Shown here: one piece after another, positions 10,139 through 20,600 of the stretch
How positions within the stretch are numbered: position 1 is the first letter of the stretch
How the letters are laid out: every line of letters starts with the position of its first letter
Assembly: GCA_029856365.1 (NCBI GenBank)
Contig: JAHQWW010000010.1
Span: forward strand, 1-64,000
Direction of reading: 5' to 3'
DNA: 64,000 nucleotides
Source: Candidatus Hodarchaeota archaeon
Lineage (GTDB): Archaea; Asgardarchaeota; Heimdallarchaeia; Hodarchaeales; Hodarchaeaceae
The notes under the pieces: model-generated
Told to the model about the DNA's origin: nothing
Databases searched by the model: none
What the model saw: the letters and a program-made list of their open reading frames with translations, nothing else
Position numbers and translations under genes: made by a program

Positions 10139-10354
10139 GTGGATTCCTCCACTAGAATTACGTGTCTGTTTGAATATAGACTGTAATATCTGTTGACCAC
10201 TTTTTACCGCTAGCGAAGTATGTTCCTGTATTCAATAGAATATAGACGCTTAGGTTTGATTCTAAATCTTTTGCTGAGTGAACAAAGGATGAAAGATCAT
10301 ATTCGATTAACTTCTCTGAAATCTTTACCTCATGGTTTAAGTGGTAAACTTATG

Positions 10355-11050
10355 TCATTTAATTAAAAATGGAAGTATGGAATACCCCGTCCAAAATAAG
10401 GGTACTAGATTTAGCAGAAAGTGCGGAATAAACGTATACACCATATTATTGGATTCTCGCCAAGCTATAATATGTATATACCCTGATAGAGACGTTAATA
10501 GAACGAAAATCACCCCAAAAATGTTATCGGACATCACAGGTTCCAAAAATTCCACCCAAAAAAAGGTGTGTATTGTTCCGACAAATGCAGTAAATAAGAT
10601 AAATCCGACAATTCTTTGGATCCAAACCCAGCTTCTTGTCGAATACTGCTCTTTAGATGGAGTATATAAATCCCAGGAATCGTACAAATAAATCCAAAGT
10701 AACTGTTCGGAAGCGGCATTTATCGGAGCCCAGACTAAACCAGTGAGGATAGCTCCTGTAGAATTGGGTATCAAATCCTTGTTCCGAGCCAGAAATGCAA
10801 ACACTAAGGCAAGACCAATCACTATTACGTTAATCACGAATGCTCGTGGGATTAAAATTTTAGTTTTCATGGAATAGCCAGAATTTCCACGTCTCCAAAT
10901 AGAAATTCCCCATGCTGCTCCATAATAAATAATCAACGGAATCAACGCTCCTGTTGCAAAATAAAGTATTCTGGCGAGAATTGGAAAGATTAGCACGATG
11001 AGAACAGCTAAGAGTAAGTCAAATCTATTTGGGTTCCAGCTGGATTCCAT
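10355..11050 (-). CDS. CPBP/Abi-like intramembrane protease-family membrane protein (degenerate)
   Basis: Multi-TM; ASEQLLW, FVGTIH and PHFLLN resemble the EE, FxxxH and HxxxN motifs. Confidence 0.55.
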   Translation of the reverse strand: MESSWNPNRFDLLLAVLIVLIFPILARILYFATGALIPLIIYYGAAWGISIWRRGNSGYSMKTKILIPRAFVINVIVIGLALVFAFLARNKDLIPNSTGAILTGLVWAPINAASEQLLWIYLYDSWDLYTPSKEQYSTRSWVWIQRIVGFILFTAFVGTIHTFFWVEFLEPVMSDNIFGVIFVLLTSLSGYIHIIAWRESNNMVYTFIPHFLLNLVPLFWTGYSILPFLIK

Positions 11051-11144
11051 AAGTCAACAAGCATTAAGATCTTAATAAAGATTATTTCTTCCGCTAGTGG
11101 AAATTCACGGTAGAAACCTTGGATTAAGAAGAGGATTAATGTAA

Positions 11145-11219
11145 ATAGCAGTACAGGAAATGGCCTTTGCAGTATGGTTGATTGCAAAGGGATTTAATTC
11201 ATCCGTATTTCATGATTAA
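11145..11219 (+). pseudogene. 3'-end remnant resembling the C-terminus of DUF4386-type membrane proteins
   Basis: IAVQEMAFAVWLIAKGFNSS* preceded directly by an in-frame stop; matches the recalled QEM-x-L-AVWLIVKGF C-terminal motif. Confidence 0.5.
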
Positions 11220-11683
11220 ATTCTAGCGTCGATTTTAAACTGAAATACCACTATTAAATTGGAAAAAAGAAAATAGAGGTTTAATGGTCTCTTAAGTGTG
11301 TCTATCTCCTAATCAACGTGATCGACATACCTGGTAGTAGCTCTTGAAGGTAGAGATATAGACAAAGACAAATGGCTATCGATGGAAAAAACGCATGTGT
11401 TTCCTACTAAAGGTATTATTCAGCTAGGTTCGGTTCAGCTGATCCTCGCTTTAATAATGATCATAATATCCTTAGTTATTTTCACTATGTAGGCTAGAAA
11501 TATGTTTAAGCGTATCCGAAAGAAATAAGAGATTTTTTTTGGATGAATATATCTAGTGAATTATATACCAAAGTGAGATATGCTGGAAAAGCAACTCTAA
11601 ACTATAAAGTTGTTATCCCAGAGAAAAATGAGTTCAAGTTGGCTTATTGAATATCAGCTAATGAAAAAATAATCTAATCAATG

Positions 11684-13159
11684 TTATGTAAGCAGACCCA
11701 CCTTTTCATTAAATTCTTTGATTAAGCTATCAATTTTTGGTGTTAACAGTTTGATAGAACTCCAATAGTTATCATAATCATGCCATTGTCTGTCCAATTC
11801 CTCAATGGATTTACCCTGCTGCTCAATCCAAGTAAAGTATTTGAGATGATGGATCCTTTTTCGTTCAATGTAACGAAGTTCAACCATACCATCAGTTTTT
11901 ACTCCATGCAAGGACCGATGAAAATCTGCTGATGCATCTCGTTCATTATACTCTCCATATTCAGCTCTAAGTTCCTTAACTCTCGAACCGTATAATTCCA
12001 TTGAATCAGTAAAAACTGTTAATATTACATCTTTTCGTGTCAATTCATAATATTTTGCAAATTTAATAGCCATGAGAACATTTGCTATACTTGAAATTCC
12101 TAATAGATGAAGTTGATCTACTATATATTCAGGTACTCCTTGATCTTTGAGGTATATGTGTCCTATAGGCTCATTAAAAAGGCGAACTAGGTTCATACAA
12201 TCACGATCGTCTATTGCAATGATCATATCAGTATTTCTTACATTGTGAATCCATGGCACGTGTTTATCACCTATCCCTTCGATGCGATGATAGCCATATC
12301 CATTTAATAACATCGTTGGGCATTGAAGGCTTTCTCCTGCAACAATTTTCGAAGTAGGATATTGTTCCTTCATAAAATCACCACATCCAATGGTTCCTGC
12401 AGAACCAGTTGTTAAGCAAACGCCTCTATAATTATCACCTCTAAGTTCTTTATCGAGTACTTCCTTCATTGCATTTCCTGTTACTTCATAGTGCCACAAA
12501 TGATTGCCAAACTCATCAAACTGGTTGAATATAACTATGGCATCGTCTCCCCGTTCTCTTCTCAGTTCCCAGCATTTATCAAAGATTTCTTTAACATTTG
12601 ATTCCCCTCCAGGTGTCGCAATAATTTCTCCACTTACTGTTTTCAACCAATCGAATCTCTCACGACTCATTTCTTCTGGAAGAATCGCTATTGAATCGCA
12701 CGCTAAAAGTGTAGAATCGAATGCTCCCCCTCTACAATAATTTCCTGTGCTTGGCCAGACTGCTTTTTGGATTGTAGGGTCAAATTGTCCCGTGACAAGA
12801 CGTGGAACCAAACAGGCATAGGTAGCGCCTACTTTATGAGCGCCTGTGGGAAACCATTTTCCTACGAGCGCGATAATCCGTGCTTCAACTCCTGTTAAAG
12901 CAGGGGGAAGTTCAATATAATTGGCAATATCTGTGAAACCGCCACCAACTTCTTTAGGCTCATTCTTCCAAGTTATTCTGAAAAGATTACGAGGATGAAC
13001 CTCCCATAAACTTAGATTAGATAATTCTTTTTTGATGGATGATGAAACTAGTTTATTGGGGTGCTTTTCTTCTTCAAAGGTCGGAATTATTATATTTCGT
13101 TCTCGTGCTCGCTGAACAGCTCTACTAAGTACTCCTTCATTAATAGTCAAGTCAATCAT
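11684..13159 (-). CDS. PLP-dependent enzyme, fold type II (cysteine synthase/threonine synthase beta-family-like)
   Basis: FPTGAHKVGA Schiff-base Lys; PSTGNY; GSAGT phosphate loop; HRIEGIG. Confidence 0.85.
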   Translation of the reverse strand: MIDLTINEGVLSRAVQRARERNIIIPTFEEEKHPNKLVSSSIKKELSNLSLWEVHPRNLFRITWKNEPKEVGGGFTDIANYIELPPALTGVEARIIALVGKWFPTGAHKVGATYACLVPRLVTGQFDPTIQKAVWPSTGNYCRGGAFDSTLLACDSIAILPEEMSRERFDWLKTVSGEIIATPGGESNVKEIFDKCWELRRERGDDAIVIFNQFDEFGNHLWHYEVTGNAMKEVLDKELRGDNYRGVCLTTGSAGTIGCGDFMKEQYPTSKIVAGESLQCPTMLLNGYGYHRIEGIGDKHVPWIHNVRNTDMIIAIDDRDCMNLVRLFNEPIGHIYLKDQGVPEYIVDQLHLLGISSIANVLMAIKFAKYYELTRKDVILTVFTDSMELYGSRVKELRAEYGEYNERDASADFHRSLHGVKTDGMVELRYIERKRIHHLKYFTWIEQQGKSIEELDRQWHDYDNYWSSIKLLTPKIDSLIKEFNEKVGLLT

Positions 13160-13267
13160 ATAATCCTACTCCTTAATATTCTAATTTCAAAATTCAACTT
13201 TATTTTCTTTTATTCATGGTTCTAGTTTTCATTGAGGTCGCTATCGATTTGAAATATATAGGGAAAT

Positions 13268-14062
13268 TCACGCTCTTATTAGTATGCTTTTGCAGGAATT
13301 ACAAATCCTTGCAAAAATGTTTGCTGAATAAGTCATCTTGCAATTTGGGCAAACCAGGCCCCAGGGTTGTTCTAAAGGGGCTTCCCGGTAATTATTCAAT
13401 CCTTTTGTCGTTATCTCCTCATTACTTAAGAATGGGGGGAGCTCAGAGATATCTACTTCTTTACTATCTACAGTCTTTAATTGTTTGAATTCAGCACTAG
13501 TGAGTTGATCCCAAGTTATAATCCATACTTGAACTTGCTTGATTGTTGGAGCAACAAGGATTGTTCTTTTCATTATTAATTTTAGATCCAAGGTACGAAT
13601 CTTATCTTTCTGAGCTTCAGCTGCGGGAAGAGAATATTTGGTAATTTTATTCTTTAGGATTTTTGATTTGTAACTTTCCATGAGATTAAAGAAATTTTCT
13701 TTAACGATTGGATCTATTCTGAGCGAGCAATTTTTGGTCAGAATATTTGCGACAAGATCATACTCATTGATTAAGAATTTTTCAATATTAACTTTAGTAA
13801 ACTCCTCTCGCGGATAATCTCGGCAACTATCGATTCTAAAGCCCTCTCCAATAGCAGATGATAAGACAAAAAACATCCATTTTTTCCAATCTGACTTAAG
13901 TTGGGTTACTTGTAATAAAAATTGGGTTGCTGCAACTAATAAAAACTGTGATTTATTCATATTTTTATTAGTACCATGTGAATTATCTTGAGTAGCTCGT
14001 GAAAAGCATATTTCGATTATATTGCGCGGAAAAACTACAAAAATACTTAAGATGTCACTCAT
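13268..14062 (-). CDS. Hypothetical protein with C-terminal zinc ribbon (probable start ATG 13960)
   Basis: CPNC...CNSC at the C-terminus. Confidence 0.6.
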   Translation of the reverse strand: MSDILSIFVVFPRNIIEICFSRATQDNSHGTNKNMNKSQFLLVAATQFLLQVTQLKSDWKKWMFFVLSSAIGEGFRIDSCRDYPREEFTKVNIEKFLINEYDLVANILTKNCSLRIDPIVKENFFNLMESYKSKILKNKITKYSLPAAEAQKDKIRTLDLKLIMKRTILVAPTIKQVQVWIITWDQLTSAEFKQLKTVDSKEVDISELPPFLSNEEITTKGLNNYREAPLEQPWGLVCPNCKMTYSANIFARICNSCKSILIRA

Positions 14063-14110
14063 AACAACATTCCAGCGACAAATAAGGACTTAGAACATCT
14101 TTTTTTATGA

Positions 14111-15451
14111 TCAGATCTCTTTTTTAGTTATATTATTAAAAATCTCAGTTATTTTATTTACTATCTTGTTAAGATCAATCCTTTGTTCTGTCCCATCTTT
14201 CATTATTCGAAGAGTAACACAATTATCAAAAAAATCTCTTTCCCCTAAGATAATTACAAAAGGAATTTGAAGACGATTAGCATAATCTAGGTTTTTCGAC
14301 AGGCTTCTATTCAGTAAATCAAATTCAGCACGAATATTACTCTCTCGTAACTCTGTTGTTAGTTTTATAATTGGGTCAAGTGTTTGGTTTCCAACAGGAA
14401 TTAGGAAAACATCAGTCACCGAGGATTTAGTAGGCCAATGGACAGTTATCGCGTCATAAATTGTATCTAATCCAAATGAAATGCCCGTAGCTGGATATAA
14501 TTCTTCTGATTCAAGGAATTCCCCAATTATTTTGTCATACCGTCCACCACCACACAATGAGGAGTCTATAATCCCTGGTTCTTTTAAGAAAGCTTCAAAA
14601 ACGGTTCCAGTATATATTTCTAGTCCCCTTGCAAGACTGTATAGCAATTTAACTTTATCTGCAATATTAAACAATTGTAAATAATGATAAAGCTCCTTTA
14701 ATTCAGCAATCCCTTCTTTCCCAATTCTATTTTTTATCTGTGGTTCTAGTTGGTTCAAAATCTCTAAATATGATCCTTTATAGCTGAAGTAACTGTAAAT
14801 CTCATCTATTATATTTAAAGGTACATCTTTAGTTTTTAATTCCTCTCGTACCCCATCCATACCTATTTTCTTCAATTTATCAATAGTAAGAATTGTTGTT
14901 TTAATGAGATGTTCGGGAACCCCAGCAGTGACTAAAATACCAGTTAATAACTTTCGATTGTTGACTTCTAGATAAACATCCAGTCCCAGTCTCGAAAAAA
15001 GGTGATGAGCTAAAGCTAAACACTCAGCATCAGCTAATGTTGATTCTACTCCAATGATATCAGCATCACATTGAATGAACTCTCGATACCGACCTTTCTT
15101 TATGGGGCCATCACGAAAACACGCACCAATTTCATATCGTTTGAATGGTTTTCCTAATTTTGGATTCATCCCTACAAGCCTTGATAAGGGTACAGAAAGA
15201 TCGTATCTTAATCCAAGTTCTCTATTGCCCTGATCAGTTAGATGATATGTTTCTTTTAAAATTTCAGCTCCACCTGCATATTTAGATGAGAGAATATCCC
15301 ACTTCTCAAGGATTGGAGTAGTTAAAGGGCGAAATCCATACAATTGGAAAACTTCCTTAATGATTTCTAATATCTTCTCACGTAGTACCTGTTCCTCTGG
15401 AAGACGATCATTTGTCCCTTTTAGAAGAGAAAGCTCAACCATTCTAATCAC
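14111..15451 (-). CDS. hisS: Histidine--tRNA ligase
   Basis: LRYDLSVP, GRYREFIQCDADI, LARGLEIYTG and GGGRYD motifs plus anticodon-binding domain. Confidence 0.97.
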   Translation of the reverse strand: MIRMVELSLLKGTNDRLPEEQVLREKILEIIKEVFQLYGFRPLTTPILEKWDILSSKYAGGAEILKETYHLTDQGNRELGLRYDLSVPLSRLVGMNPKLGKPFKRYEIGACFRDGPIKKGRYREFIQCDADIIGVESTLADAECLALAHHLFSRLGLDVYLEVNNRKLLTGILVTAGVPEHLIKTTILTIDKLKKIGMDGVREELKTKDVPLNIIDEIYSYFSYKGSYLEILNQLEPQIKNRIGKEGIAELKELYHYLQLFNIADKVKLLYSLARGLEIYTGTVFEAFLKEPGIIDSSLCGGGRYDKIIGEFLESEELYPATGISFGLDTIYDAITVHWPTKSSVTDVFLIPVGNQTLDPIIKLTTELRESNIRAEFDLLNRSLSKNLDYANRLQIPFVIILGERDFFDNCVTLRIMKDGTEQRIDLNKIVNKITEIFNNITKKEI

Positions 15452-16896
15452 TAAATCCTGGTTTGATATAACTTAAAATAAGCATCTGCCGAATTTTGCC
15501 AAGAGAAATTTTGACGCATACCTCTCCGCATCAATTGGCTCCATTCATCTTTAGACTGAAAAATCTTGAGTGCTTTTTTAATAGCTATTAAAAAATGGGA
15601 TTCATCATAAGTGTCGAATAGAAAACCAGTTCCTCTCTTCAAATCAGAAGAATAATCGATAATACTATCTGCTAATCCTCCTGTTTTATATGCTACAGGT
15701 ACCGTGCCATATCTCAAGCTATATTTGTCATTTAACCCACAGGGTTCGTAACGAGAAGGCATAAGAAATATATCTGCCCCCGCTTCGATCTGATGAGCCA
15801 AATAATCGTTATATGTTAATGCAATGCCTGCTTTTAATGGATACTTCTTACTCAATTCATTGAACTGATACTCAAGTTTTGGATCACCCATACCAAGAAG
15901 CACAAACTGAATCATGTTTTGCTCTAATAATTTCGGAACCACCTTGAGAATTAGTTCCATGCCTTTCTGCCATGCTAACCTTGAGACTACGCTAAGAATT
16001 GGAATTGTTGGATTTTCATTAAGTAGAAAATGTTGTTGGAGAGCGACTTTACATCTCGCTTTTCCACTTAAGTCTTTAAAAGAGAAGTTAGAAGGAAGAT
16101 AGCGATCTGTTTCGGGATTCCAAATGGTATAATCGACACCATTAAGAATCCCAAAGATTTTCGACTTGTTTTTTCTCAATAATCTCTCTAGTCCAACTCC
16201 AGATTTTTGCGTTTGGATCTCTTTAGCATAAGTAGGACTCACAGTAGTTATAATATCAGAAAAAAGAATTCCCGCTTTCATTAGACTAAATTTCCCCCAA
16301 TATTCTAAAGAATCATAATATGAGGAATCAATTCCCAAGATATGAAATTGTGACCGATTAAATTTCCCTTGATATGCTAAATTATGAATTGTATAAACTC
16401 TAGTAGGTAAATTCTTATGGAAAAAATTTGACAATTCGGTATAAAGAGCAATCAAAGCAGTTTGCCAATCATGCATATGAAAGACATGGTAAATTTCAGT
16501 TGATGATAGATATTTAATTACCTCTAGTGAACCACGACAAAAAAAGGTAAACCGTGCAAGATTATCTCGATAATCTTGCCCATCTTTTACGTATAAATGT
16601 GAACGTCGCCGAAAATAATGAAAATTATCAATAAAATAAACCTTAAGATTTTCCAGATCAGATTTTAACTCTAAAGCTGCACCTTTATAATTCCGTGAAC
16701 CTATCTTTATATTAAATTTAAAATTAAATTTCCTTAAAGGTAGGTTTTGGCGTTCTATTTCACGATAATACGGTATAAAAACATCCACCTGGTCACATTT
16801 TTCCGTTAAAGCTCGAGGGAGAGACCCAATAACATCAGCTAACCCCCCAGTCTTGATATAAGGCACCATTTCGCTTGCAAACATTGCTACTCTCAT
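15451..16896 (-). CDS. glgA: Glycogen synthase (GT5)
   Basis: KTGGLADV, HDWQT, TIHNLAYQG and PSRYEPCGL motifs. Confidence 0.95.
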   Translation of the reverse strand: MRVAMFASEMVPYIKTGGLADVIGSLPRALTEKCDQVDVFIPYYREIERQNLPLRKFNFKFNIKIGSRNYKGAALELKSDLENLKVYFIDNFHYFRRRSHLYVKDGQDYRDNLARFTFFCRGSLEVIKYLSSTEIYHVFHMHDWQTALIALYTELSNFFHKNLPTRVYTIHNLAYQGKFNRSQFHILGIDSSYYDSLEYWGKFSLMKAGILFSDIITTVSPTYAKEIQTQKSGVGLERLLRKNKSKIFGILNGVDYTIWNPETDRYLPSNFSFKDLSGKARCKVALQQHFLLNENPTIPILSVVSRLAWQKGMELILKVVPKLLEQNMIQFVLLGMGDPKLEYQFNELSKKYPLKAGIALTYNDYLAHQIEAGADIFLMPSRYEPCGLNDKYSLRYGTVPVAYKTGGLADSIIDYSSDLKRGTGFLFDTYDESHFLIAIKKALKIFQSKDEWSQLMRRGMRQNFSWQNSADAYFKLYQTRI

Positions 16897-16955
16897 TCTC
16901 GAAGCCTCATATTCTTAAGTAAATTCTTTTAGGTTTCAATTAAGACCAACTTACT

Positions 16956-17570
16956 ATGTTCTTATCACCAGAAACATTCGTTGTTCTATCTGTTATGATT
17001 TTTGGTTTAATTCATTCGCTATTCGCACGAGATTTCGTTAAAAAGAAACTGTATATTATCAATAATTATCGTGGATTTTATATTATTAATGCGTTGTTTA
17101 CTTTAATCTTATTAACCTTAATTGAGATGACCTTTGCTAAAGAAGGATCAAAAATTGATGTGATCATAAAGAATCCACTCCTTGGATCATTTTTTGTCTT
17201 AATTGGTGGGTTCTTCTTTATGGGAGGACTTATTCAATTTTATCTTTCAGTAGGTCTAGAAAGATCGAAACTCATTAAAACAGGATTTTATGCGTTTTCT
17301 CGTCATCCAATTTATCTCGGTGGAATAGTTTCATTAGTAAGTCTTGGTTTATTTTTTATTGAAAACACTGTTCATATATCATTTATATTTTCACTGGCAT
17401 TCTATCTTTTCGTGGGATCTTTGATTGAGGATTATTATCTTCTTCGTGATTTCTCAGATTATGCTGAATACAAAAATATTTGCGGAAAATACCTTCCTTG
17501 GCGAAAAAAGCATTTAAAATTTCTCTTTCAAAATATAAAACCAAAGAAAAAAAAGGTTAAAGTTTATTAG
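16956..17570 (+). CDS. Membrane methyltransferase, ICMT/PEMT/methanethiol S-methyltransferase-like
   Basis: Multi-TM; GFYAFSRHPIYLG; IEDYYL...YAEYK. Confidence 0.75.
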   Translation: MFLSPETFVVLSVMIFGLIHSLFARDFVKKKLYIINNYRGFYIINALFTLILLTLIEMTFAKEGSKIDVIIKNPLLGSFFVLIGGFFFMGGLIQFYLSVGLERSKLIKTGFYAFSRHPIYLGGIVSLVSLGLFFIENTVHISFIFSLAFYLFVGSLIEDYYLLRDFSDYAEYKNICGKYLPWRKKHLKFLFQNIKPKKKKVKVY

Positions 17571-17674
17571 CATAAAGTGGTAATTATCAGCGACTTCTAA
17601 AGAATAACTCATAAAGCATCTCTATTAACCAAGTAATTCGATGCCTTCCCACTGAAAAAGGAGTTGACCTCAAC

Positions 17675-20600
17675 ATGGACATCGAAAACAAACTTAAACA
17701 AATTCAAAAACTAGAAAGGAAAAAAAAGTGGGAAGATGCTAGTAAAGCATCTGTTGAGTTAGCTGAATACCACATTGAAAAGAAGAATTTCACTGAAGGT
17801 TTAAAATATCTTGAACAAGCAATTTCATCTCAACAAAAGGAAAAAAAAGCAGAAAAAGTCATTATTCTTTACAGAAAAATAATTGGTGCTGCTAGAAAGG
17901 GCAAAAATAAAACAAGAAAAGAATTATTCCGATATGCTGCTGCAGCAATCCCTTTGATCGAAGAATATATTCGAGTTTTAAGAGAGAGTGATCGCTACAT
18001 TTCTAAGCATGGTGCTATGACTCTATATTTTCTTGGAGAGTGTCGTGAAATTGTCTCTGGTGTCAGCCAACGAAATGAGGAATTTACCCGTGCAGGTCAT
18101 ATTTTTGTTGAAGTAGGTGAAAAACTTTCTATCTCGAAAAAAACCGAGGGAGATGCAGATGAATCGTTTGAGAAAGCACGTACAATATTCGATCTAATAA
18201 ATAACAAAGAAGAGACATTTAAAGCGCTTCTTGTTGAGGCAGAAATAAATGTTAGGAAATATCGTTTAGAGAGAGGATTTTTATTATTTGACGAAGCAAG
18301 GGGTAAGTTTGATGACGAGGATCACCAAGGAAAAGTAGTAGATTTGGAGAAGGTAGTATATGCTGAAATGGGACTAGAACTTCTGCAAAACCATTTTTCA
18401 GATAAGGAAAAGAACAAGATCGCTGACATGCTCATTTCAAAATCAAGAGAAGCTCATTTATTGGCAAAATCTCTCGATGAAGTGTCTGAAATCCTCTTTG
18501 AAATTGGAATAATAAACCTTATGAATAAACAACTCGAGAAAGGATTCAGATTCTTCGATGAAGCAATTACTAATTCTCAATTAGTTAATGATGAAGCCAT
18601 TCCAAAGAAAATTTTGGAGTACCTATTTCAAGAAGGTAAAAATCAAGCCCAGGATCTTCTTAAACCTTCTTTATCGATTGATTCATCCTTTGATCTTGGT
18701 AAACTTCCATTTATGACTTACTTTGATAAAATGGAGGAGATCTGTAAAGAATTAAATACAGGCCAAGAAATAGAAGAAGTAGCATTGTATATATGGCAAT
18801 TAGGATTGGATTTACAAGAAGAAAAAGTTATTCGTGATGATTTCCCCTTTATAGAGAAAGCAGTTAATTATCTTATTAATAATAACCGTATTAATAGTAT
18901 CCATACGATTGGTGATGTACTGGAAAAAAGACTCGAACAGTTTGCAGAAAAAAGAGATATTAGAAAATTTCAGAGTTTAAAAACCTTTTTAGTGAATATG
19001 TATACACGAATCGATGATTATCAATCAGCAGGATTTTTAAACGTCAAGATTGCGCAAATCTATGCTTCATGGGGGAATTATGAAAAACAAGTTTCTTGTT
19101 TAAGTGAAACAGCATCCCTCATTCAAAATGCTGATCAAGAAACAGTGAAAGCTTTTAGTGAGGCTCTCAATGAACAGTTTACCCGCTTGGAATCCTATGT
19201 GCCTGATTCAATTTATAATGAAATCTTATATCTTCTCGGTAACTCATACTTACTACTCAAAGATAATGATAAGTATGATTCGTTATTTTCAACTATTGCG
19301 TTAAAATCTCTAGAAACAAATGATTTTTCTAAAGCAATGGAATTTCATCAACAAGATTATGAATTTCTTATTAGAACAAAGAATTTTTCTCGGGCACTAG
19401 CGAGAGTAGAAGAGTTTTTAAAACCCCTTTTTTCAAAAGGAAAACATCAACTTGCTAAAAATCTCAGATCTAAACAAATTAAATTGTTAATTGAGTCAAA
19501 ATCTTCTCAAGAACAAGTACTACAAATTATAAAAAGCCTAGAGGATCAGATCACGGAAACTCTTGCCCAAAAAGCCGATATTACACTGGTGAATGACCTA
19601 TTTAATCATATCATTGACCTATATAATTATTTAGGATTGAAAGAAGCTCAAGGGGATGCATTATTTGAGATGGCAAGTCGTTTATTTGAATTGGAATATG
19701 TTGACGCTGGATTTGAATATCTCAATAAGGCCTATGAGCAATTTAAGATAGAAAATGCTATTGAAAAACAGGGTCTATTATTTGACCTCGCTTTCGAGAA
19801 AAAGAATTTTTACCAAGATCTTGCTGATCAAGCAACTGCAGATCGATTTCTGAATTTTTTAATTAGGAATCTCATAGAACTGAACCAGATTAAAGAAGCA
19901 GCAGAGTTAATAATGAGTCGTGCCATTCAGCTTATTCCAATAGATGAAGCTAAGGCTTCTGATCAGTTTGAAGAAGTAAAAAAGTTAATATCACAAACAC
20001 AATCATCCGAGGATATTTTACAGTATTATCAACATTATGGATCTGCTCTTTTAAAAGCAGGGAAAATTAACAAAGGAATGGAAACTCTAGCAAAAGCAGA
20101 AGGTTCTACTTCCACAAATTCTCTATCAATTGCAGATACATGCTTAACAGTAGCAAAAGATAGATTTACAGAAAAAGACTATGATGTTTATTTTATCCTT
20201 GTAGATCGTGCACTATCTATCTATACTGATTTGGAAATGTTTCAGGAATCCTCATCTATTGCTCTTGCTGAAGCTCGGAAATTATGGAGTGTCAATAATT
20301 TACCTTACACAATGATCTATTTAGAACGAGCGTGGGCGCCTCTGGCGATGACTTATGATGAAAAATTAGCCCAATCAATTCAACCAGTCCTGCAAGTATC
20401 AGAAGAGTTTGTTACCGCTCTTTTTGAACAAAAGAAGTATGATGAAGCAAAAAACTTTCTAGAATTTCAAGAACGAATCTATAAACAATTAAACCTCACA
20501 GAAAAAATTTTAGAGGTAGAGAGGAGGAAAATTGATGCTTTAATTGGACGTGGTAATCTCGATGGCGCCCTTTCTCAAGTTCTTGATATGGCAACTATTG

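Noticed and set aside
11164-11190. Hairpin CCTTTGCA...TGCAAAGG and nearby stems as an ncRNA or SECIS element
   Set aside because: It lies within an apparent coding remnant; no selenoprotein candidate or recognisable RNA family was seen.
16956-17570. ICMT-like gene as evidence for GTPase prenylation
   Set aside because: Neither GTPase has a C-terminal Cys motif, and this methyltransferase family is widespread in prokaryotes.
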